Translations under genes and position numbers: made by a program
Notes under the pieces: model-generated
What the model was told of the DNA's origin: nothing
Seen by the model: only the letters and a program-made list of their open reading frames with translations
Databases searched by the model: none
Shown: positions 1-8,354 of the stretch, piece by piece
How the letters are laid out: each line of letters starts with the position of its first letter
Numbering within the stretch: position 1 is the stretch's first letter
DNA from: an uncultured Gemmatimonadales bacterium
GTDB taxonomy: Bacteria > Gemmatimonadota > Gemmatimonadetes > Longimicrobiales > Gaopeijiaceae
Assembly (NCBI GenBank): GCA_963823035.1
Contig: CAWGKG010000004.1
Span: forward strand, 96,001-160,000
Length of the DNA: 64,000 bases
Direction of reading: 5' to 3'

Positions 1-465
1 GGGGGTGGCCGAGAGGGGCTCGGTGCTCGACCTCAGCGCCCGGCTGCGGGAGCGCGTGCTGGTCGACGCACGGGCCCTGCGCTCCGCCGTGGCTGCAGCG
101 GCCTCGGCCCTGCGCGACGGGGTCGGCGTCCCCGATGCGGCGGTCGACGTCGTCAACGGGATTCTGGCCACGCGATCGTGGACGCACCGGGTGGAGCGCA
201 CGGCGGATGGGTTCCGGCGTGGCGAATCGGCGGCCGAGAGGGACGCCTCGGCGGTGCTGGCTCCGGTGGCGGAGGCCGCCGCGGAGCTTCTCGCGGAGGT
301 GGATCCGGCTCGGATCCGCCAGTGCGACGACGACACCTGCGTTCTCTGGTTCGTGGATACGACGCGCAATGGGAGCCGACGCTGGTGCTCGATGGAGCGG
401 TGCGGCAGCCGCGCGAAGTCCGCCGCGCACTACCGACGAACGAAGAAGGGACGGCGAAGGCCTAG
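1..465 (+). CDS. CGNR zinc-finger / ABATE-domain protein (5'-truncated by window edge)
   Basis: Motif CDDDTCVLWFVDTTRNGSRRWCSMERCGSRAK. The natural end is probably the TAG at 463-465 (apparent frameshift near the C-terminus). Confidence 0.8.
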   Translation, partial: GGGREGLGARPQRPAAGARAGRRTGPALRRGCSGLGPARRGRRPRCGGRRRQRDSGHAIVDAPGGAHGGWVPAWRIGGREGRLGGAGSGGGGRRGASRGGGSGSDPPVRRRHLRSLVRGYDAQWEPTLVLDGAVRQPREVRRALPTNEEGTAKA

Positions 466-521
466 GCCGAAGGAAACAACCCCGAGGAGCGCGTCGTCGA
501 CGGGCTCGGGAGGATGGGAGG

Positions 522-2941
522 ATGGGAGCAGGGTGGGAGATCGTCCGGGGTGGCCTCCGAGGCTTGACGCGACGCCCGTTCACGACGGTGGTGGCAGGCG
601 CCTGTCTTGCGCTCGGGATCGGGGCGAACGCGGGGGTGTTCAGCGTGGTGGAGGCGGCCCTCCTGCGTCCGCTCCCCTTCGCGGCCCCGGATCGGCTGCT
701 CCTCGTGCAGGCCGTGAACGACCAGAACGGCACGCCCGTGGGGCTGTCGCCGGACGCGTACGATTTCTTCGCCCACTCGGGCGACGCCTTCGCGGGCACG
801 GCGGCCGCTCAGCCGGCCGAGCTCGACCTCTCGGGGGACGGGGTTCCCGAGCGAGTGGGGGCCGCGCTGGTCACGGACGGCTTCTTCGAGGTGCTCGGCG
901 TCGACATGGCGGTAGGGCGGGCGTTCGGAGGGGCCGCGCGGCCGGCCGGCGAGCGACAGGTCGCGGTGATCTCCGAGCGACTCTGGCGGAGCCGGTTCGC
1001 CGCCGACCCGACCGTGGTCGGCACCGATGTCCGACTCGACGGCCAGGCCTACCGGATCGTGGGTGTTCTGCCGCGGGACGCGCGCTATCCGGCCACGGCC
1101 GACGTGTGGACGCCCCTGGACCTGACCCGGTACGAGGGGGTCGCGCGCACGAACGGGTTCCTCTCCGTGCTGGCGCGGGTGCGGGCCGGCGTGACGCTCG
1201 CGGAGGCGGATGCGCAGGTGACGCGCGCCGGAGACGCGTTCAAGGGCCAGCATCCGGAGTGGATCGCCGACCGCTTCGCGTCGAGCTCGTTGCGTGAGCC
1301 GCAGGTCAGCGGGGTGCGCGCGGTGCTGATCGTCGTGACGCGTCGGCGTGGTTCTTCTCCTCGCGATGGCGTGTCTGAACGTGGCAGGCCTCTTCCTGGT
1401 CCAGGCACAGCGCGACGCTCGGGCCGTGGCGCTCCGGGCGGCGCTCGGCGCACGTCCCCGGCGTCTCCTCGCGGAGGAGCTCATGCGCCACGTACTCCTG
1501 ACGCTGGCGGGAGCGGTCTCCGGCGTGCTGGTGGCGCTCCCTCTCGTGCGCGCTCTGGTGTCGCTCACGGTGATCGATCTCCCCGGATTCCACGTCGCGC
1601 TGGACGGCCGGGTCGTGCTCTTCACCGCCGTCGTCGCGCTGGCCGCCACCGTGTCGGTCGGCCTCCTGCCGGCCCTGAGGGCGGCCCGAGCGGCGCCGGC
1701 AGGGCTGGTCGATCGCGGCCGCGGGGGTACGGAGGGGAGGGGCGCGCGCCGTCTGCAGAATGCCGTCGTGGTGGGCCAGGTCGGCCTCGGCATCGTGCTC
1801 CTGGTGGGCGCGTGGGCGACGGGCGCCCAGGTGGCCCGCCTGCAGCGCGTGGACCCCGGCTTCCAGGTCGACGACGTGCTCACGGCACGCATCGGCGCCC
1901 CGGACGCCCGCTTCCCGGATCTCGAGGCGCGCGTCGTCTTCCTCACGGGCGTGTTGGACCGGCTTCGCTCCCTCCCCGGCGTCGTCTCCGTCGGCGCGGC
2001 TTCCGCGACGCACGTCGGCGATCCCGAGGTCTTCTGGAGCTTCAGCATCCAGGACCAGCCGCCCGCCTCCGAAGCCGCGATGCACGCGGCGCTCGGGCGT
2101 ATGGTGCTTCCCGGCTACCTGGAGACGATGGGGATCGACGTGCTGGAGGGGCGGGGCGTCGCGGCCTGGGACCGGGAGGACGGAGAGCCCGTGGTGGTGG
2201 TGAACAAGGCCTTCGAGGAAGCCTACTGGCCGGGTGGCAGCGCGCTCGGGAAGCGCATCAAGCGGCGCACGTACGACTCCGCCTTCCCCTGGCTACGCGT
2301 CGTGGGCGTGGTGGAGGACGTGCGCGAGCACGACGTGTCCCAGCCCTTCGGCCCCACGATCTACTTCCCCTACGCCCAGCACTTCACGCCGGCGGGGGGG
2401 ACGGTGACGATCGTGCTGCGCACGGGGGAGGGCAGGGGTCTCTCCGCCGATGTGCTGCGCAGGAGCGTCATGGCGGAGGATCCGGACGCGGCCGTCTTCC
2501 GCATCATGACCATGGGCGAGCGGCTGGACGAGTCGCTCGGCCAACGCCGCCTGGGCGCCGTCCTCATGGGCGCGTTCGGGGTGCTGGGGCTGCTCCTCTC
2601 CCTGGTTGGCGTGTACGGCGTGGTCTCGCAGAACGTGGCGCGGCGCGTCCGCGAGCTCGGGATCCGGCTGGCGCTCGGCGCGACGCCACGCGGGGTGGTG
2701 CGGACGACACTCCTGCGCGCGACCGCGCTCGCCGGCGTGGGGGTCTCCGCGGGCTCCCTCGTGCTGGTCGCCCTTCTCCCGCGAGGGGCGCGGCTCCTTC
2801 CAGGGCTGGATGTGGGGGTGCCGACGATCGCCGCGGCCGGCGGGCTGATGATCGTCGCGGTGGTCGGGGGCGGCCCTGCCCCCTGCGCTCCGCGCCGCGC
2901 GGACGGACGTGACCCGCGCTCTGGTGGAGGACCGAGCGTGA
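522..2941 (+). CDS. ADOP-family duplicated ABC permease (MacB/FtsX-like), frameshifted at ~1340 and ~2875
   Basis: N-terminal LALGIGANAGVFSVVEAALLRPLPF, then ACLNVAGL..RAALGA, LYGV-like VYGVVSQNVARRVRELGIRLALGA, and C-terminal PALRAARTD reconstructed across three frames. Confidence 0.85.
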
Positions 2942-3074
2942 CCGGGTGCCGGCGGGCGGGCGCCCGCGAACGCGTCGCGCAGGTTATGTTCAGAGACAGC
3001 GACTGCGCTTCGACCCTCCCGCTCCTCACGGCCGTCGGATCACCCTCACCGCCGCCGGTCGATAGGAGGCTGTC

Positions 3075-3770
3075 ATGCCGTCGCCCCGATCTCCTCTCCG
3101 CGGTGCCCTCCCTCTCGTACTCGTGGCGTCCGGCGCCTGCGCCCTCCTCGGGCGATCGGGCTCGACGCTTTCCGAGGACATGGAAGGCCACTACGCACAG
3201 GTGGGCCAGGTCCAGGAAGCCATCGTGAAGGGCGACCTGGACGCTGCGCGCGCGCCGGCGCGCTGGCTCGCGGAGCATCCGCAGCACCCCGACCTCCCGC
3301 AGGGCGTGAAGAGCCCGATGGAGGACATGCGCGTGCAGGCCCGCTCGGTCGTGCGGGCCGTCGACCTGACCGACGCCGCGCGCGCCACGGCCGAGATGGC
3401 CGCCGCGTGTGGCCGATGCCACCGGTCGGCCGGCGCCGGGCCCGACCCGGAGACGTGGACCATGGCCCCACCCGGAGCGGGCGCGCCGCGCCAGATGGCC
3501 CGCCACCTGTGGGCGGTCGACCGCATGTGGGAAGGACTCGTCGCTCCGTCGGACCGTCTGTGGCAGCAGGGCGCCACCGCCCTGATCGACGATCCTCTCT
3601 TCCAGGGCGAAGACCAGGCGGCCGGGCCGGACGTGGCCCGACTCGCCCGTGAGGTCCACGACCTGGGTGTGACCGCCAACGGGCGCGAGGCGGACGGGCG
3701 CGCCGCCGTGTACGGCCGGCTGCTCACCACCTGCACGACCTGCCACCGCAAGATGGGGATCTCCATGTAG
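3075..3770 (+). CDS. Di-heme cytochrome c, probable lipoprotein (tandem cytochrome c'-like helical domains)
   Basis: Signal/lipobox VASGAC. Two CxxCH motifs (CGRCH, CTTCH), each at the end of a helical repeat. Confidence 0.7.
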   Translation: MPSPRSPLRGALPLVLVASGACALLGRSGSTLSEDMEGHYAQVGQVQEAIVKGDLDAARAPARWLAEHPQHPDLPQGVKSPMEDMRVQARSVVRAVDLTDAARATAEMAAACGRCHRSAGAGPDPETWTMAPPGAGAPRQMARHLWAVDRMWEGLVAPSDRLWQQGATALIDDPLFQGEDQAAGPDVARLAREVHDLGVTANGREADGRAAVYGRLLTTCTTCHRKMGISM

Positions 3771-3902
3771 CGGAGCAGGTGCACGGGCGGCGGCGCGAGG
3801 CTGGACGGAGCGACGTCGCCCGCCGTAAGGTTCACGCCCCTTCGGCGGTACGTCGGCAGGGATCCACCCCCTCCGCCCGGCTCCCACGAACGAGGAAGAC
3901 CG

Positions 3903-5042
3903 ATGCGCAGCTCGACCCTCCCCCTGGCGCTCGCCCTGGTCGTGCGCGCCGCCCTCGCTGCCCGCTCGCGCCGAAGCGCAGCGCCGGCCCCGCCAGCCCA
4001 CGATCCCCCGCCGAGCATCACCGAGTACAAGCCGCGCTCGACGCTGGTCGTGCCGGAGCATCCGGTGCCTCGCGCGAAGTTCCCGGCCGTCGACTTCCAC
4101 GGCCATCCGCCCTACCTGGGCTCGCCGGAGGCGGTGCGCGAGGTGGTCGCCGCGATGGACCGGCTCGACCTCCAGGTCATGGTCCAGGCCAATCCCAGCT
4201 CGGGCGAGCGCCTGACGCGCCAGATCGAGGCGGTGCGCGAGGCGGGCTACGAGGACCGGTTCGTCTTCTTCGCCTCGCTCGACCTGCGCGACATGGGCCC
4301 GGGCTCGGGCGCGCGCATCGCCGCGCAGCTCGAGGAGGACGTGGGGGCCGGCGCCGTGGGCATCGGCGAGATCATGAAGAGCTTCGGCCTGTCGATCCGC
4401 AAGGCGGACGGCACCAGGCTGCACCTGGACGACCCGGAGCTCGACGTGGTGTGGGAGACGGCGGGCCGCCTGGGCATCCCGGTCTTCGTGCACACGGCCG
4501 ATCCGGCCGAGTTCTTCCAGCCGCTCGACTACAACAACGAGCGCTGGCTGGAGATGGCGATCTACGAGAACCGCCGCTACTACGACCGCGAGCGCTTCCC
4601 CTCCTTCGAGGAGCTGATGGCGGAGCGTGACCGCATGATCGCGAAGCACCCGAACACGACCTGGGTGGTCGCGCACATGAGCTGGTACGCGAACGACCTG
4701 GGGAAGCTGGGAGAGCTCTTCGACCGATTCCCGAACGTGTACACGGAGGTCGGGGCCATCCTCTACGACCTCGGACGTCAGCCGCGCTTCGCGCGCGCGT
4801 TCTTCGAGAAGTACCAGGACCGGATCCTCTTCGGGAAGGACTCCTTCCAGCCCGACGAGTATCCCTACTACTGGCGCGTGTTCGAGACGGCCGACGAGTA
4901 CTTCGACTACTACCGGGACTACCACGCATTCTGGAAGCTCTATGGCCTGGACCTTCCGGACGAAGTGCTGCGGAAGGTGTACTACGGGAACGCGCTGCAC
5001 ATCATCCCGCGAATGCCGGTCGCGGGCTTCCCGACCGGTTGA
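3903..5042 (+). CDS. Exported amidohydrolase-family (Amidohydro_2) metal-dependent hydrolase
   Basis: DFHGH, GIGEI, VHTADP, AH and ILFGKD motifs, plus an N-terminal signal-like sequence. Confidence 0.85.
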   Translation: MRSSTLPLALALVVRAALAARSRRSAAPAPPAHDPPPSITEYKPRSTLVVPEHPVPRAKFPAVDFHGHPPYLGSPEAVREVVAAMDRLDLQVMVQANPSSGERLTRQIEAVREAGYEDRFVFFASLDLRDMGPGSGARIAAQLEEDVGAGAVGIGEIMKSFGLSIRKADGTRLHLDDPELDVVWETAGRLGIPVFVHTADPAEFFQPLDYNNERWLEMAIYENRRYYDRERFPSFEELMAERDRMIAKHPNTTWVVAHMSWYANDLGKLGELFDRFPNVYTEVGAILYDLGRQPRFARAFFEKYQDRILFGKDSFQPDEYPYYWRVFETADEYFDYYRDYHAFWKLYGLDLPDEVLRKVYYGNALHIIPRMPVAGFPTG

Positions 5043-5070
5043 AGCGGTGCCAACCTACGGGAGGTGATCC

Positions 5071-5484
5071 ATGGGTCACACCATCCGACGGGTGGAGTAC
5101 TTCTACACGACGGTCAACGACCGTCCGGGTCAGGCGCTTCGGTTTCTGACGGCGCTCGCCGACCTGGGCGTGAACCTCCTCGGGTTCACGGCCATCCCGA
5201 TGGGGCTCCACCAGACGCAGCTCACGATCTTCCCGGAAGACGCCCATCGACTCACCGACCAGAGCGAGCGGGTGGGCTTCGCGGTGGACGGCCCGCACCC
5301 GGCGATCCTGGTCCAGGGCGAGGACGCCCCGGGCGCGCTGGTGGATATCCACGAGACGCTGTTCGACGCCGGCGTCAACGTCTTCGCGGCCACGGGTGTG
5401 AGCGGCGGAGGAGGGAGCTTCGGGTACGTGATCCACATGCGGGCCGCGGACTTCGAGCGGGCCGCGGAGCTGCTCGGGGCGTGA
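5071..5484 (+). CDS. Small duplicated ACT-like domain protein
   Basis: Two repeats, DRPGQALRFLTALADLGVNL and DAPGALVDIHETLFDAGVNV. RBS GGAGG upstream. Confidence 0.7.
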   Translation: MGHTIRRVEYFYTTVNDRPGQALRFLTALADLGVNLLGFTAIPMGLHQTQLTIFPEDAHRLTDQSERVGFAVDGPHPAILVQGEDAPGALVDIHETLFDAGVNVFAATGVSGGGGSFGYVIHMRAADFERAAELLGA

Positions 5485-5540
5485 GCGCGTCTTCCCTGCG
5501 CCAGCCGGACGGGACCGGTATCGTCGGCGCCCCGAACGCT

Positions 5541-6588
5541 CTAGGCGGAAGCCGCTCCGAGCTCCCGCCGAACCACGGGCGCCACTTCGGTCCCGAGGAG
5601 CTCGATGGCGCGCAGGACCTGCGCGTGCGGCATGGGCCCCACGGTGAGCTGTACCAGGAAGCGCTGGTGGCGGAAGATCTCGTGCACGCGGAGGATCTTG
5701 TCGATCACCTCCGCCGGGCTGCCCACGAAGAGCGCGCCGTTGGGGGCGATCTCGGCCTCGAACTGCCCGCGGGTGGTGGGCGGCCACCCCCGCTCGCGAC
5801 CGATGCGCGTCATGGTCTCGGCGAAGGGCGGGAAGGCGATGTCCGCCGCGGCACGCGCGTCCTCCGCGAGGAAGCCGTGGGCGTTGATGCTCACGGGGAG
5901 CGCGTCCGCGTCATGGCCGGCACGCGTGGCCGCTTGCCGGTAGAGGTCCACCATCGGCTTGAAGCGGGCGGGAGCGCCGCCGATGATCGCGAGCGCCATG
6001 GGCAGGCCGAGCGAGCCCGCACGCACCACCGACGCGGGCGTGCCGCCCACGGCGACCCATACGGGCAGCGGATCCTGCACGGGCCTCGGATAGACGGGAC
6101 GATCGCGGATCGCGGCCCGATGCCGGCTGTCTGGGCCAGTCCACGCGGAGGTCGCTCCGGACGCGCAGAAGGAGGTCGAGCTTCTCCGAGAAGAGCTCGT
6201 CGTAGTCGGCCAGGTCCTGTCCGAAGAGGGGGAAGGACTCGGTGAAGGAGCCCCGACCGACCATGATCTCTGCGCGCCCCCCCGAGATCAGGTCGACGGT
6301 GGCGAAGTCCTGGAAGACGCGCACCGGGTCGTCCGAGCTGAGCACCGAGACGGCGCTGGTCAGGCGGATACGGCTCGTGCGGGCCGCCGCCGCGCCGAGC
6401 ACCACGGCGGGCGCCGACACCGCGTAGTCGGGGCGGTGGTGCTCGCCCACGCCGAACACGTCGAGCCCGACGCGGTCGGCGAGCTCGATCTCCTCGAGCA
6501 GCTCTTCCAGCCGCTTGCCCGGATCGATCTGCCGTCCCGTCTGCGGATCGAAGGCGGTCTCCGCGAAGGTGTAGACGCCGATCTCCAA
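5541..6588 (-). CDS. LLM-class flavin-dependent oxidoreductase (luciferase-like), frameshift near 6120
   Basis: [44 protein letters not shown] and [11 protein letters not shown] motifs over two frames. Confidence 0.9.
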
Positions 6589-6592
6589 CGCG

Positions 6593-7445
6593 CTACCTCA
6601 GGAGGGTGCGGATCTGACGGACCGCGTACTCGACCTTCATGTCGAAGATCCGCTTGCCGAGCTCCGCGGAAGATCGCCGTCCGTCTCCGGTGATGCCGTT
6701 GTTCACGCGCGGCGCGTCGGGGTCACGGGCCTCGCCCGGGGCCCGCATGGGGTCGCCGAGCGCGTCCTTGCACGAGCTCCTTCCGCACCCAGCCGTGGTC
6801 GCCGCCCAGGTAGAGCATCTCGGAGGTGTCGGGGATGCCCCCGTGCGAGCTGAGGGGGTAGTCGTGCTCCCGGAGCCAGCCGTCGAAGTCCCCGTTCGCC
6901 TTGCTGTACACCTCGTCGCAATACACCACGCGGACGCCGTCCCCTCGGTGGGCCGCGTCCAGCGCCTCGGCGACCTCGCGCAGCTGGTCCTGGCCTCCTC
7001 CGTGGTCGCCCATGAGCACCACGTTCTTGAATCCGCTGATGATGAGCTGCTCCGCGACCTCCCGGTTCACGGCCGCGAACGTCTCGGCCGTGAGTCCGAT
7101 GGTGCCGGGCAGATCGGCGCTGGCCCGGTTCACCGAGAAGGGCATCACGGGCGCGGCGATCGCGTTGCCGAGCTGGAGCGCGATGGCGCGCGCGGTCTCG
7201 CGGCCCATGAGGGTGTGGCCGCCGTTCACGTTCTGCGGGCCCCGCTGCTCGGTTCCGCCGTTGTACACGAGCGCCGTGGTCTTGCCCGCCTGGATCGCCG
7301 CCTTCACCTCCGGCCACGTCATCATGTCGAACTCGACGTCCGGCGTGCGCATGGCCGCCGGTCCGTTGGCGCCCTGGCCGAGCGCCGGTGCCGCCGTGAC
7401 GGCCAGGAGAAGGAGCAGGGCAGGGGCGGAGAGGGAGGATCGCAT
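6593..7445 (-). CDS. Exported creatininase-family protein, frameshift near 6770
   Basis: Signal peptide, then [31 protein letters not shown]. The C-terminus [17 protein letters not shown] is in the next frame. Confidence 0.85.
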
Positions 7446-7535
7446 GGTCGCTCCTGGAGCGGAGGGTCGACAACCGGGCCTCGCCAGAAGACGTCGGTCG
7501 AGCACGATCCGCAAGCCCACGCGTGCGGCGGATCT

Positions 7536-7550
7536 GCAACAAAACGTTGC
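7536..7550. promoter_or_regulatory. Palindrome GCAAC-N5-GTTGC, candidate enhancer-binding-protein site
   Basis: Perfect 5-bp inverted repeat about 90 bp upstream of a sigma-54-like promoter. Confidence 0.45.
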
Positions 7551-7637
7551 CCGGTCCCTGCGACGCGGCGGTGTCCCGATGGCGGTGTGGGGGCCGAAAA
7601 GCCCATAACCACGCCGTTTCACGGTCCCGACCAGGGC

Positions 7638-7653
7638 GGGCACGCCTTGTGCA
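7638..7653 (+). promoter_or_regulatory. Sigma-54-like -24/-12 promoter
   Basis: GGGCACG-CCTT-GTGCA, with correct GG-N10-GC spacing (consensus TGGCACG-N4-TTGC). Confidence 0.5.
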
Positions 7654-7664
7654 AAGTGTCGCGT

Positions 7665-7822
7665 CGGGAACGTGAACGCCATCGGACCGAGGGGGCGTGC
7701 GCGGACCTGCCGGTGGGACGACGAAGATGTCAGTGGATGGCTGCTCGGCGCCCCGGCACAGCAAACGAGCGAAGTGGGATCGGTGGCCCCGGAACGACGG
7801 ACGTTCCGGGGCCGCTGGTCTC
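7665..7822 (+). ncRNA. Candidate small RNA
   Basis: Non-coding stretch between a sigma-54-like promoter and a 12-bp hairpin, with about 8 GGA motifs. No family recognised. Confidence 0.3.
7785..7813 (+). terminator. Strong hairpin, possible terminator
   Basis: GGCCCCGGAACG-ACGGA-CGTTCCGGGGCC perfect 12-bp stem. The U-tract is weak. Confidence 0.5.
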
Positions 7823-7903
7823 TTACGGGGCCACACTCCCGGCATGGCTGAGCGCACGACGGTGGCCCGATCGGTGGCTTCGACGCGCCCTGCGACAAGC
7901 CGT

Positions 7904-7958
7904 TCCCCTTGAAAGCATAGGGGAGCGGCGCTACCCTTCCCCTAGAAACCACAGGGAG
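7904..7958. promoter_or_regulatory. Two tandem operator-like sites upstream of padR
   Basis: TCCCCT-N9-AGGGGA (7904-7924) and TCCCCT-N9-AGGGAG (7938-7958). Confidence 0.55.
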
Positions 7959-8012
7959 GCGTCGGCGCACCCGGCTCGACGTTCCCGACCCGCGGCCAGG
8001 GAAGGTGATCCG

Positions 8013-8354
8013 ATGGGCGACGGCAACCTGGGGCTGCTTCGCGGCACGCTCGACCTGCTGATCCTCCATGCGCTCAGCACGGGGGAGAAGCACGGCTACG
8101 CCGTGTCCGAGTGGATCGGTGCGGTCACCGACGGGAGCCTGCTCGTCGAGGAGGGCACGCTCTATCCCGCGCTCCACCGGCTGGCGAGGCGTGGGCTGGT
8201 GTCGGCGACGTGGGGCGTGAGCGAGAACAACCGTCGCGCGAAGTACTACGCGCTCACGGCCGCGGGGCTGAAGCGACTCGAGGAGGAGGCCGGAACGTGG
8301 CGGCGGTACTCCGACGCCGTGGAGAAGGCGCTCGCGGAGAGAGGAACGGCGTGA
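8013..8354 (+). CDS. PadR-family transcriptional regulator (acidobacterial type)
   Basis: GTLDLLIL..HGY..EEGTLYPALHRL..WGVSENNRRAKYYALT. GTGA overlap with the downstream permease. Confidence 0.93.
   Translation: MGDGNLGLLRGTLDLLILHALSTGEKHGYAVSEWIGAVTDGSLLVEEGTLYPALHRLARRGLVSATWGVSENNRRAKYYALTAAGLKRLEEEAGTWRRYSDAVEKALAERGTA

Noticed and set aside
6639..8012. Long N-terminal extensions given for padR and the creatininase in the ORF track
   Set aside because: Family motifs and RBS positions place the starts at 8013 and 7445.
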